From: Verrucomicrobiota bacterium
Lineage (GTDB): Bacteria > Verrucomicrobiota > Verrucomicrobiia > Limisphaerales > CANJXF01
Assembly: GCA_038214755.1 (NCBI GenBank)
Contig: JBBQRQ010000075.1
Span: 1-25,966 of the forward strand
Length of the DNA stretch: 25,966 nucleotides
Reading direction: 5' to 3'
Part shown: positions 1-9,108 of the stretch, piece after piece
Position numbering within the stretch: the stretch's first letter is position 1
How the letters are laid out: every line of letters begins with the position of its first letter
Translations under genes and position numbers: made by a program
Notes under the pieces: model-generated
The model's input: only the letters and a program-made list of their open reading frames with translations
Told to the model about the DNA's origin: nothing
The model's database searches: none

Positions 1-1
1 C

Positions 2-277
2 GCTGGTGTCGAAGGTTCGATCATCGTGCAGGAAGTCAAGAAGCGCAAAGGTAACGAAGGTTACAACGTTGCGACGGGCGAATACGAAGACCTCGTCAAA
101 GCCGGTGTGGTTGACCCGAAAAAAGTCACCCGCAGCGCGCTCCAAAACGCGGCATCTATCGCTGGGTTGTTGCTCACGACCGAATGCTTGATCACCGAAC
201 TTCCTGAAAAGGAAAAAGCCCCGGCTGGCGGCGGTCACGGTGACCACGGCGGCGGCATGGGCGGAATGGATTACTAA
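2..277 (+). CDS. groL: Chaperonin GroEL, C-terminal part (truncated by window edge)
   Basis: Frame from base 2 reads AGVEGSIIV...[42 protein letters not shown]...GGGMGGMDY, the GroEL C-terminus with its GGM tail. Confidence 0.98.
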   Translation, partial: AGVEGSIIVQEVKKRKGNEGYNVATGEYEDLVKAGVVDPKKVTRSALQNAASIAGLLLTTECLITELPEKEKAPAGGGHGDHGGGMGGMDY

Positions 278-301
278 GTCCAAACGGAACCAATAAAAGT
301 G

Positions 302-333
302 AAGAGGCTGGTGCAAACCAGCCTCTTTTTTTT
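302..333 (+). terminator. Intrinsic terminator of groEL
   Basis: Perfect stem AAGAGGCTGGT-GCAA-ACCAGCCTCTT running into a T tract, 25 bp after the groEL stop, between convergent genes. Confidence 0.92.
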
Positions 334-359
334 GCCTGGCAGCCGTAAGGAAAAATCAG

Positions 360-1403
360 TTACGTCGTTCCCAAATTTTTGCGAACGCCAAATTTTTTCT
401 CCAGCGCGAGTGATGCGGAAAGCGTTTTCACTCCGCCGGTGCAGGTTGGATCGGAGAGGGACGCCGCCGCCGCGCAAACACCCGTCAGCAAACAGCGCGA
501 CAAATCCCAACCTTCATGCAGCCCCATCAAAACCCCCGCGCAAAATGCGTCGCCCGCGCCAGCCGTGCCCGCGATAAATTTCGCGGGTAAATTCAAGGAA
601 GATTGCCAGACATCATCCCCGCGTCGCGTCCGCGCAAAACCGCCTTCCGGAAAATGCACCACCACCAGGTCGCGCACTCCTTGTTGCAATAAGGCGCCCG
701 CCGCATGACGCAGCGCCACCGTATCGAGCGTCCCGTCTGCCCGGCGGATTTTAAACCCGGTTGTCTTGCCCGCTTCTATTTCGTTGAGGATGCAATAATC
801 CACAAATTTTAAAGCCGGATTGACCACTTTCGAAAAACGGTCGCTGTCTTCACTCACAACATCGACGCTGGTTTTCATCCCGGCTTGTTGCGCGGCGGCG
901 AGCAGGCGCGCGGCTTTGGTCCCGAATTTTCCATCACTCTCATCAAGCGAATCGAGCAACAACAAATAACCGAGATGAAAAATTTGCGCTTTGATTTTTG
1001 TAAAATTCAAGTCGTCGCCTTCCCACAATGCATTCGCGCCGCGATGATGGAAAAAGGTTCTGCGCCCGTTTTCCTTTTCGGTCATCACGTCGGTGTAGGA
1101 AGTGGGCGCGGCCGGATTGACGCGAAGAAATTTGGTGTCGATCTCATGTTCCAAACAGTTTTCCAAAATGTGACGGCCTAAATCATCTTTGCCGACGAAG
1201 CCTGCGCCGTAGAGTGGAAATTCCGCCCCGAGTTTTGCCAGGTTGATCAGGACGTTGTAAGGCGAGCCGCCCGTTCCCTGACACTGGCTGCGGATGTTGG
1301 CGAGTTGCTCGCGTTGCGGATACACGTCAATTATTTTGACCTGGTCGATAATCCAATTACCTCCGGCGAGAACACCGTTGCGCGTGGAATTTTTAGTTTT
1401 CAT
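360..1403 (-). CDS. PfkB/ribokinase-family carbohydrate kinase
   Basis: GTGGSPYNVLINLAKLG and GTAGAGDAFCAG PfkB signatures. Start placed at ATG MKTKNSTRNG (1403); the longer ORF start runs into repeat DNA. Confidence 0.92.
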   Translation of the reverse strand: MKTKNSTRNGVLAGGNWIIDQVKIIDVYPQREQLANIRSQCQGTGGSPYNVLINLAKLGAEFPLYGAGFVGKDDLGRHILENCLEHEIDTKFLRVNPAAPTSYTDVMTEKENGRRTFFHHRGANALWEGDDLNFTKIKAQIFHLGYLLLLDSLDESDGKFGTKAARLLAAAQQAGMKTSVDVVSEDSDRFSKVVNPALKFVDYCILNEIEAGKTTGFKIRRADGTLDTVALRHAAGALLQQGVRDLVVVHFPEGGFARTRRGDDVWQSSLNLPAKFIAGTAGAGDAFCAGVLMGLHEGWDLSRCLLTGVCAAAASLSDPTCTGGVKTLSASLALEKKFGVRKNLGTT

Positions 1404-1544
1404 GAATGGGTTGAACGGCGTAATTCCGGCAAGCTTTGGACAGATGCAGCCATCAGGAACGACGGCGAGTTTAACGGAGCGAAATTGAAAATCAAGGGTG
1501 AGCAATTTCGTGGAGGTGATTCCAATTGGCCGTGCGCCGCAGTC

Positions 1545-1683
1545 GTGGCGCAGATTTCCAATCTTGTATGGCAGCGCTTCAACCCTCCGCCGCATGGAAT
1601 TTCGAGGAAATCAAAATGGTCATGCTCTGCCGATTGGAAATCGGCGACAGCGGCGAGACGGCAGATTCAAAAATCTACGCTGC
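1545..1683. repeat. Degenerate REP-like inverted doublet
   Basis: GTGGCGCAGATTTCCAATCT at the left versus GCAGATTCAAAAATCTACGCTGC at the right (imperfect inverse), plus internal hairpin GCCGATT-GGA-AATCGGC at 1629-1645. Confidence 0.6.
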
Positions 1684-1756
1684 GTTTTGACCGCCGGTTG
1701 GAATCACAAGTAATCGTTGAAATTGTTCCTGGTTTCAGGATCGAGTTCCACGATTC

Positions 1757-1925
1757 GGGCGCATCTTTGAGGGCGTGTTGCCCAAACCAAGTGGAGCGCG
1801 GACAGCCTTGTCCGCGCGTTTCGAAATAAACAACATCCCAAGCGTTTTCACCCTTTGGGATTCGCGCGGACAAAGCTGTCCGTGCTCTCCTTTCCATTTG
1901 GGCAACACACCCTCAAGGTGCGCCC
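1757..1925. repeat. Nested inverted-repeat element (MITE/REPIN-like)
   Basis: Outer IR GGGCGCATCTTTGAGGGCGTGTTGCCCAAA (1757-1786) / TTTGGGCAACACACCCTCAAGGTGCGCCC (1897-1925). Inner IR GGAGCGCGGACAGCCTTGTCCGCGCG (1793-1818) / CGCGCGGACAAAGCTGTCCGTGCTC (1863-1887). Confidence 0.85.
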
Positions 1926-2001
1926 CACCATTCGACGCTCCATTTTGTCTCTTGATAATCGGACCGTCACCGATGCAAATTCTCCCGCAGTTCCACAAAT
2001 T

Positions 2002-2586
2002 ATGAAAATATTTCGCATCGTTTTCCTGCTCGTCATTTCTTTGCTCGGGCCAGGTATCGTCACCGTGCCGCGCGCGGCTGACTTTAAACCGGAGCCGGGT
2101 TACACCAATTTGTTCAACGGCAAAGATCTCACCGGCTGGGGAGATCTCACGAATAATTTCGACGGGAAAAAACAGAGCAGTGATGGACGTTACGAAGCCC
2201 GCGACGGTGTGTTGATGGTAAATCCAAAAGAGCCCCGCCTGGTGGAGGTGTTGTGGACGACGCGGGAATTTCCCAAAAATTTTATTCTGAAGCTGGAGTT
2301 CCGCGCGGCGGTCAATGCGGACAGCGGAATTTTTATTCGCAAGCCACAGCTTCAGTGCCGCGATTATTTGGTTGCGGGTCCGGACAAATATAAAAATTTA
2401 AAAAAATATAAACCTCAGGATTGGAATGAAATTGTTGTGACGGTGAAAAATGGCGTCGCGCACTGCACGTGCAATGGCGAAGTCTTGGAGGACGCGATGA
2501 AAGTTCCCGAGACCGGTCCCATCGGACTGGAAGCCGACCGCGGACAAATGGAGTATCGCCATATCCGATTGAAGGAATTGCCGTGA
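2002..2586 (+). CDS. Secreted DUF1080 (3-keto-disaccharide hydrolase family) protein
   Basis: Signal peptide MKIFRIVFLLVISLLG; motifs LFNGKDLTGW, NFILKLEFR, ADSGIFIR, WNEIVV, GPIGLE, YRHIRLKEL. Confidence 0.9.
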   Translation: MKIFRIVFLLVISLLGPGIVTVPRAADFKPEPGYTNLFNGKDLTGWGDLTNNFDGKKQSSDGRYEARDGVLMVNPKEPRLVEVLWTTREFPKNFILKLEFRAAVNADSGIFIRKPQLQCRDYLVAGPDKYKNLKKYKPQDWNEIVVTVKNGVAHCTCNGEVLEDAMKVPETGPIGLEADRGQMEYRHIRLKELP

Positions 2587-2865
2587 GATGATGGAAATCC
2601 TTTTCATCAATGGTAAAGGGAGCGCGGCGTTGGGCACCCAACTAGACTCCAGCCCTTAACCAAGTTGCAAAGTTGTGCCAAAACTCAGCACGAGCAAGTC
2701 GCATGAAAAAAACCGACGCTCACATTTTCCTTCCACACGACTTCGAGCCTGGAGAATTTTGACCGCAGAATGACGCAGATTCACGCAGTTGTTTTTGATC
2801 CGTAATAGAATGTTGAGTTCATTCGTGGTTTCTTTCTGAAGACTGGCGGCTAAGTTCCTTCCGTC

Positions 2866-3651
2866 GTGGCGAAGACAAATTATGTCGAATTAGGCGAAGG
2901 AAAAAACGCGGAGCAAATCCCCATTTTGTTTGAAGACCGTTCGGTCATCGCCATCGACAAACCCGCCTACTGGATGCTGGTTCCGTTTTCCTGGCAGAAG
3001 ACCAATCGCAATTTGCAGGCCGCCGTTGCTTCGTCCATCGCCGGCGGAAGTTTTTGGGCGCGTTCTCGCAACTTAAAATATCTCCACCACATTCATCGGC
3101 TCGACGCGGAGACCACCGGGATTTTGCTGTTCGGCAAAAGCATCGGCGCAGTGAAAACTTACGGAGAACTTTTCGAATCGCGTCGGATGGAAAAAGTTTA
3201 TTTGGCCGCAGTCGAAGGAATTCCCAAAGAGTCCGAATGGAGTTGCGCTCTGAGCCTGGCACCCGATCCCGAAGAAATCGGAAAAATGAAAGTCGATGCG
3301 CGCAACGGAAAAGAAGCGCAAACTTTTTTCAAAGTTGTCGAGACGCACGACAACAAAACTTTGGTGGAAGCGCATCCGATCAGCGGGCGGACGCATCAGA
3401 TTCGCGTTCACTTGGCGGAATCAGGGCATCCCATTCTCGGTGATCCGCTCTACGGTTCGCCGTTGAAGCAGCTCAACAAGAAACGTCAGGCGAGTCTGCA
3501 ATTCCCGATTGGCCTCCGCGCCGTTTCTCTTTCCTACAACGATCCGTTCGAGAGGCGGCGCATTCGCATTCAAGCGCCGACTGAAAGTTTCGTCCGGGAA
3601 TTCGGTTTCAAAAGCTGGCAGGTTCCGCTCGCGCGAAAAATAAACTCATGA
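2866..3651 (+). CDS. RluA-family RNA pseudouridine synthase
   Basis: IAIDKP, HRLDAETTGILLFGK (catalytic Asp), GRTHQIRVHLA, GHPILGDPLYG. Confidence 0.95.
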   Translation: MAKTNYVELGEGKNAEQIPILFEDRSVIAIDKPAYWMLVPFSWQKTNRNLQAAVASSIAGGSFWARSRNLKYLHHIHRLDAETTGILLFGKSIGAVKTYGELFESRRMEKVYLAAVEGIPKESEWSCALSLAPDPEEIGKMKVDARNGKEAQTFFKVVETHDNKTLVEAHPISGRTHQIRVHLAESGHPILGDPLYGSPLKQLNKKRQASLQFPIGLRAVSLSYNDPFERRRIRIQAPTESFVREFGFKSWQVPLARKINS

Positions 3652-5219
3652 GCACGAAGTATTCTGTTTTCTTTTGCCTGGTTCTCAATGCGACTTCCGC
3701 GCTGGCCCAGATTTACGGATGGACCCAATGCACCAATTCGCCAGTCACTTCGCGCAGTGACGATATTCATTTCATTGACGCCAACATCGGTTGGGCTGTG
3801 ACGGGCGGTGCGGGCGGCGTTTGGAAAACAACGAATGGCGGTGTCACCTGGGTGCAGAAATTTTCCCAGACCAGTCCTCTCGCGCATTTTCGCTCGGTGG
3901 GATTTCTTTCCGCCACGCGCGGATTCGTCGGGAATCTTGGGACCAACGCCTATGACGCCAACGTGAAGGACACAAATATTTTATATCAAACCAGCGATGG
4001 CGGGGATACCTGGTCGCCGGTTCAGGCTGTCAATGCGTCCGGGATGAAAGGCTTTTGCGCATTTCACGTTTTAGATTCACATACGATTTACGGCGGCGGA
4101 CGAGTTCGCGGTCCCGCCTATTTTGTGAAAAGCACGGACGCCGGAACAAATTGGACAATCGTAAATCTGACAGCGATGGGAGTGATGAATGGCATCATGG
4201 ATGTTTATTTTAAAGATGCGACCAATGGATTCGTTGTCGGGATGGATACGAATTCCTATTCCTCGACATGCGCCAACCAGTATCACGGACGCATCGCCCG
4301 CACCACCGACGGCGGCGCGACCTGGACTCCGATCACGACAACGCCGGAGAACTGCTGCTACTTTTGGAAAATGTCCTGGCCGTCTCCCAGCGTCGGTTAC
4401 GTCTCCCTGCAACAGAACACCACCATGACTAATCATGTTTTTTACAAAACCATTGACGGCGGAAATACGTGGATACCCAACCTGATACCATTTTCCGCGA
4501 TTGGAGTTTCGTCGTTTTACTGGCAAGGCGTCGGTTTCGTGACCACGAATGAAGGTTGGGCCGGCGGAGATTCGGCGACCGCTCCTTACGCCAATAATTT
4601 TTTACACACGCTGGATGGAGGGGCGACTTGGACGAGGGCCGGCTACACCAATTCGCAGCGGATAAATCGGCTGCGATTCCTGAATTCAAATTTTGGCTAT
4701 GCCTCGGGGGTAAATTTACATCTCTACCATTTGTTACTTGATACCACCCAACCTGCGAGTCAATGGGTGACCGCTGGCGTGACCGTCAATTTTAGCGTCA
4801 GCCCAAGCGGCATCGCCCCTTTCGCTTTTCAATGGAGGAAAGATGGAACCAATATTCTAAACGCGACTAATGCCACGCTCTCGTTGACAAATGTCCTACG
4901 CTCTAACTCCGGGACTTATTCCGTTCTCGTCAGTAACTCATCGACAAACTTGGTGAGCAGCAACGCTACCTTGCGCGTTCTTGTTCCGCAAAAATTTCAG
5001 TCGCCGCAAAATCTCGGAAACACAGTTCAACTTCTCTTCGGCGATGCCAATGGCGGATTGCTGACAACCTATGAGGTGAGCAGCTTTGAAGTGCAAGCGA
5101 GCACGAACTTGAGCGATTGGACGCCGCTCACGAATTCTCTTTTGCTGACGAATGGGTTGATTCTTCTGGAAGACGCCAAAGATGTGCCGCACAAATTTTA
5201 TCGCGTGATCGAGCATTGA
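3648..5219 (+). CDS. Secreted BNR/YCF48-like beta-propeller protein with an Ig-like domain and verrucomicrobial-type C-terminal tail
   Basis: Signal peptide; repeated T-x-D/N-GG-x-TW Asp-boxes; Ig-like FQWRKDG...NSGTYSVLVSN; tail VQASTNLSDW...FYRV. Start overlaps the rluA stop (ATGA). Confidence 0.85.
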   Translation: MSTKYSVFFCLVLNATSALAQIYGWTQCTNSPVTSRSDDIHFIDANIGWAVTGGAGGVWKTTNGGVTWVQKFSQTSPLAHFRSVGFLSATRGFVGNLGTNAYDANVKDTNILYQTSDGGDTWSPVQAVNASGMKGFCAFHVLDSHTIYGGGRVRGPAYFVKSTDAGTNWTIVNLTAMGVMNGIMDVYFKDATNGFVVGMDTNSYSSTCANQYHGRIARTTDGGATWTPITTTPENCCYFWKMSWPSPSVGYVSLQQNTTMTNHVFYKTIDGGNTWIPNLIPFSAIGVSSFYWQGVGFVTTNEGWAGGDSATAPYANNFLHTLDGGATWTRAGYTNSQRINRLRFLNSNFGYASGVNLHLYHLLLDTTQPASQWVTAGVTVNFSVSPSGIAPFAFQWRKDGTNILNATNATLSLTNVLRSNSGTYSVLVSNSSTNLVSSNATLRVLVPQKFQSPQNLGNTVQLLFGDANGGLLTTYEVSSFEVQASTNLSDWTPLTNSLLLTNGLILLEDAKDVPHKFYRVIEH

Positions 5220-5269
5220 GCGGCGTTTTCTTTTTGGCTTTGTTTCCGCAAACTCTTTACGTTTTTCCG

Positions 5270-6613
5270 ATGTCAATTTTTCTACAGAGTTTTCTTTGTC
5301 TGGCGTTGTGTTCCGGCGCTTCGTTGCATGGGGCAATAAAATTGGGCAATGAAGTTCTGGTGGAAAAAAAATTCAAATTACTCATCGGAAAAAGGGTCGG
5401 CCTCATCACTAACCCTTCCGGCGTCAATTCCAGGTTAGAATCCACGATCGAAATTTTGCGAAAGTCTCCCGACGTCAAACTCGTCGCGTTGTTCGCGCCT
5501 GAACACGGAATCTACGGCGACATTCCCGCGGGAGATAAAGTGACCAATCGCGTCGATGCGCGCACCGGTTTGCCCGTGCATTCGCTGTACGACAAAACAC
5601 GCAAACCCACTCCCCAAATGTTGAGCGGCCTCGACGCGCTGGTGTTCGACGTGCAAGACACCGGCGTTCGCTCCTACACGTTCATCAGCACGATGGGTCT
5701 CGCCATGCAGGCGTGCGGCGAAGCTGGAATTGAATTCATCGTGCTCGATCGTCCGAATCCGCTCGGGGGCGAACGCGTGGAAGGCCCGATGGTGGAGGAA
5801 AATTTCCGCTCGTTTGTCAGCCAATTCGACATTCCCTACGTCTATGGAATGACCTGTGGCGAACTGGGGCGAATGATCAATGGCGAGCGATGGATGACCA
5901 ATCGTTGCCAACTCACCGTCGTGCCGATGAAAGGTTGGAAACGTTCCATGCTCTGGCCCGACACCGGCCTGGAATGGATTCCAACTTCGCCGCACGTTCC
6001 GGAAAAAGATTCGCCGCTCTACCTTGCCGCGACCGGAATTATCGGCGAACTCGGCAGCGCGAATATCGGCGTCGGCTATCCGCTGCCGTTTCATTGCGTT
6101 GGTTTACCCGGAATGGACATGTGGAAACTTTCCGAAGCGCTCAATGGTTACAAAATTCCGGGAGTGAAATTCAAACCGCTGACTTACAAACCGTTTTATG
6201 GGCCGTTCACCACGAATATTATTTCTGGCGCGCAAATTTTTATTCTTGATCCGCGCCGCGCGCCGCTGACCGCGCTGAACTTTTACATCATCGAAGCGGT
6301 GAAAAAAGTTTCCGGTCACGATTTGTTGGCCGATGCGAAGAAAACTTTTGCGGAAGCCGAAGCGAAAAAGGCGAAAGCTGCCGCCGAAAAAGCCGCCAAG
6401 GAAAAAGCCGAAGGCAAAGGGCCAAGAAAAGAAGATCCGCCTAAAGCTGCCACGAAACTGCCGACTGCTTTCGACATGTTCGACAAAGTCATCGGCACTG
6501 ACGCCACGCGCAAAGCGTTGCAAGCCGGAACGCCCGCCGCCGAAATCGTGAACTCTTGGAAGCCGGGTGAAGAAGACTTTCGCAAAAAGCGACAAAAATA
6601 TCTGCTCTATTAA
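5270..6613 (+). CDS. DUF1343 / NamZ-like exo-beta-N-acetylmuramidase
   Basis: GKRVGLITNPSG, LFAPEHG, FDVQDTGVRSYTFIST, VLDRPNPLGG, YGMTCGEL, WIPTSPH, terminal KYLLY; signal-peptide start at ATG 5270. Confidence 0.9.
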   Translation: MSIFLQSFLCLALCSGASLHGAIKLGNEVLVEKKFKLLIGKRVGLITNPSGVNSRLESTIEILRKSPDVKLVALFAPEHGIYGDIPAGDKVTNRVDARTGLPVHSLYDKTRKPTPQMLSGLDALVFDVQDTGVRSYTFISTMGLAMQACGEAGIEFIVLDRPNPLGGERVEGPMVEENFRSFVSQFDIPYVYGMTCGELGRMINGERWMTNRCQLTVVPMKGWKRSMLWPDTGLEWIPTSPHVPEKDSPLYLAATGIIGELGSANIGVGYPLPFHCVGLPGMDMWKLSEALNGYKIPGVKFKPLTYKPFYGPFTTNIISGAQIFILDPRRAPLTALNFYIIEAVKKVSGHDLLADAKKTFAEAEAKKAKAAAEKAAKEKAEGKGPRKEDPPKAATKLPTAFDMFDKVIGTDATRKALQAGTPAAEIVNSWKPGEEDFRKKRQKYLLY

Positions 6614-6641
6614 AGCGCCAAGTTGGCGGACGATTCAAAGA

Positions 6642-6765
6642 GTAGCGAAGTGCGTCCCGCCTGCGCCGGGAAACGAGGGAATTGACGAACCATTATTTGC
6701 AAAAATAAATTATTTTTGTGGGTCGGCTTTCTCCTCCACCGCGCAGGCGGGACGCGTTGCGCTAC
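6642..6765. repeat. GTAG-type REP inverted doublet
   Basis: GTAGCGAAGTGCGTCCCGCCTGCGC ... GCGCAGGCGGGACGCGTTGCGCTAC around an AT-rich spacer. Confidence 0.8.
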
Positions 6766-6848
6766 TTTCGCCATCCCGCTTGCGACCGTCTCTGCTCAAC
6801 GCCATGGCTTCTTAACTGGAAAATCATTTTGACAACCTATACAGATGG

Positions 6849-7937
6849 GTGGTGACTCTTCCGCTGCCACTCCAACAACTTGACCGCACCTACGTCCGCG
6901 TCGGAAAGCGGAAGCTCAGTTACTTCGGCGGTTGCGATTATTTTCGCCTCGCCAGTCATCCGGGAGTTTTACGAGCGATGGAAGAGGGCTTGAAAAAATT
7001 TGGCTTGAACGTGGCCGCGTCTCGGATGACGACGGGCAATCACAAGATTTACGGAACGCTGGAAAAATCCCTGGCGCAATTTTTCGGGACGGAAGACGCC
7101 GTTCTCGTTTCCAACGGCTACGTGACGAACCTGATCGTCGCCCAGGCATTGGCCGGGAATTTTTCGCATGTACTCCTGGATGAAAAGGCGCATTCCTCCC
7201 TGGGCGATGCCGCGAAATTCTTCGATTGTCCGGTGGTGACTTTCAAACATCGCAACGCCGAAGATTTGGCGGGCGCGGTTTCGCGGATCCGAAACAATAC
7301 GAAACCCATTTTATTCGCGGATGGAGTTTTCTCGCACGACGGCTCACTCACGCCGCTGAAATCGTATCTGAAACTTCTGCCGAAAAATTCCGTGCTACTG
7401 ATCGACGATGCGCACGGAGCGGGGACACTTGGCCAAACCGGAAAAGGCTCGCCGGAATGGGAAGGCATCCCGCGCCATCGCGTTATTCAAACCATCACGT
7501 TGAGCAAAGCGTTTGGAGTTTATGGCGGGGCGATTTTGGGTTCGCGCGAATTACGGGAGAAAATATTGACGCGGAGCCGCATGTTTTCCGGCAGCACACC
7601 GTTGCCATTGCCGTTGGCCTGTGCGGCCCTGGCTTCGATCGAAATTTTACGCCGCGATAAGAGTTTGCGGCGGCGGCTCGAGCAAAATGTGATTTATGTG
7701 AAAGATGCGTTACGCAAAGCGGGATTGAAAATTTCCCCGCCGCCCAGCCCGATCATGGCGATATTTCCGAAGAGCAAATGCGCGGCAAATGAATTTAAAA
7801 AACGCTGTCTGGACAATGGAGTTTTTCCGTCTCTCATCAAATATCCCGGCGGCCCGGCTGGCGGTTATTTTCGTTTCGCAATTTCCAGCGAACACACGAC
7901 AAAACAATTGGATGCTCTGTTGAAAGCAGCAGTTTGA
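6849..7937 (+). CDS. PLP-dependent class I/II aminotransferase, 8-amino-7-oxononanoate synthase (BioF)-like
   Basis: DEKAHSSL, DGVFSHDG, DDAHGAG, TLSKAFG (PLP lysine), RFAISSEH; substrate specificity not established. Confidence 0.85.
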   Translation: MVTLPLPLQQLDRTYVRVGKRKLSYFGGCDYFRLASHPGVLRAMEEGLKKFGLNVAASRMTTGNHKIYGTLEKSLAQFFGTEDAVLVSNGYVTNLIVAQALAGNFSHVLLDEKAHSSLGDAAKFFDCPVVTFKHRNAEDLAGAVSRIRNNTKPILFADGVFSHDGSLTPLKSYLKLLPKNSVLLIDDAHGAGTLGQTGKGSPEWEGIPRHRVIQTITLSKAFGVYGGAILGSRELREKILTRSRMFSGSTPLPLPLACAALASIEILRRDKSLRRRLEQNVIYVKDALRKAGLKISPPPSPIMAIFPKSKCAANEFKKRCLDNGVFPSLIKYPGGPAGGYFRFAISSEHTTKQLDALLKAAV

Positions 7938-7967
7938 CAGAAACTGAAAAAATTACAGAATTCAAAT

Positions 7968-8837
7968 ATGAAATCTCTCCGCCCCTTAATTCCGTTGATT
8001 CTGTTGATTGTGTCCAGCTTTCCCGCGTTGGCCATCGACGATTACAAGCTCGGCACAAACTCGATGTTCAATCCCGACATGCCGCACGGCGAGGTGACGA
8101 AGCATGTTTGGGATAAAAGTAAAATTTTCCCAGGAACCGTTCGTGATTATTGGGTTTATGTTCCGAAACAATATGATGCGTCGAAACCAGCGTGTGTGAT
8201 GGTGTTTCAAGACGGCGGTGGTTACGTGAAGACCAACGGTGAATGGCGCGTGCCAATTGTGTTCGACAATTTGATCGCGCGAAAAGAGTTGCCGGTGATC
8301 ATCGGTATTTTCATCAATCCCGGTATAATTCCAGAAGCCGGACACGAACCAAAAAAAAATCGCAGCTTCGAATACGATTCGCTGGGCGACGCTTACGCGA
8401 AGTTTTTGCTCGAAGAAATCCTGCCGGAAGTTTCCAAGAAATATAATCTGGCCAGCAACGCCTCGAGCCGCGCGATTTGTGGTTCGAGTTCCGGCGGCAT
8501 TTGTTCGTTCACCGTGGCCTGGGAGCGGCCCAATGAATTCAGCAAGGTCCTGAGTACGATTGGAAGTTTCACCGACATTCGCGGCGGTTACGTTTATCCC
8601 TTTTGGATTCGCAAACAGCCCGCCAAACCGATTCGCGTTTTTCTCCAGGACGGCGCGAATGATCTGGACAATCCATACGGCAATTGGCCGTTGGCCAACC
8701 AAACGATGGCTGCCGCTTTGAAGTTTGCGAAATACGATTACCTATTTGTTTTCGGCGATGGCCAGCATAGCGCAAAACATGGCGGCTCGATTTTTCCAGA
8801 GGCGGTGAAATGGCTTTGGCGGGATTTCCAGCCGTAA
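7968..8837 (+). CDS. Secreted alpha/beta-hydrolase, enterochelin-esterase-like
   Basis: RDYWVYVP, MVFQDGG, NRSFEYDSLGD, nucleophile elbow GSSSGG, GDGQH. Confidence 0.88.
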   Translation: MKSLRPLIPLILLIVSSFPALAIDDYKLGTNSMFNPDMPHGEVTKHVWDKSKIFPGTVRDYWVYVPKQYDASKPACVMVFQDGGGYVKTNGEWRVPIVFDNLIARKELPVIIGIFINPGIIPEAGHEPKKNRSFEYDSLGDAYAKFLLEEILPEVSKKYNLASNASSRAICGSSSGGICSFTVAWERPNEFSKVLSTIGSFTDIRGGYVYPFWIRKQPAKPIRVFLQDGANDLDNPYGNWPLANQTMAAALKFAKYDYLFVFGDGQHSAKHGGSIFPEAVKWLWRDFQP

Positions 8838-8856
8838 TCGCGTCAGTTGTGATTCG

Positions 8857-9105
8857 ATGAAACAACAAAAGACATTGCAGAAAGTCTTAGCCGGCTCGAA
8901 GAATATTCGTTTCACTGAGATGACTTCTTTGGTTAAAGCTTTCAATTTCCGGCTTTCGCGAATCAATGGCAGCCATCATATTTTCACGCATTCAGGGATT
9001 CCAGAGTTGGTAAATTTGCAGGATGTTCACGGGCAAGCGAAGCCATATCAGATTCGACAGTTCATCAAATTGGTGGAAAAATATGATCTGAAGCTCACTG
9101 AATAA
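8857..9105 (+). CDS. hicA: HicA-family toxin
   Basis: 82 aa with RINGSHHIFTH and AKPYQIRQF, directly upstream of a HicB-like ORF. Confidence 0.88.
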   Translation: MKQQKTLQKVLAGSKNIRFTEMTSLVKAFNFRLSRINGSHHIFTHSGIPELVNLQDVHGQAKPYQIRQFIKLVEKYDLKLTE

Positions 9106-9108
9106 ACC

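Noticed and set aside
1404..1595. N-terminal extension of the PfkB ORF to 411 aa
   Set aside because: The extension runs through intergenic and palindromic repeat DNA; family similarity begins at MKTKNS (1403)
2665..2680. Sigma54-like promoter TGGCACAACTTTGCAA on the minus strand
   Set aside because: GG to GC spacing is 9 rather than the required 10 nt, and no credible gene lies downstream
2762..2830. Short repeats CGCAGAATGACGCAGATTCACGCAG ... TTCATTCGTGGTT
   Set aside because: Possibly a remnant of a 9-mer repeat element, but too degenerate to define arms
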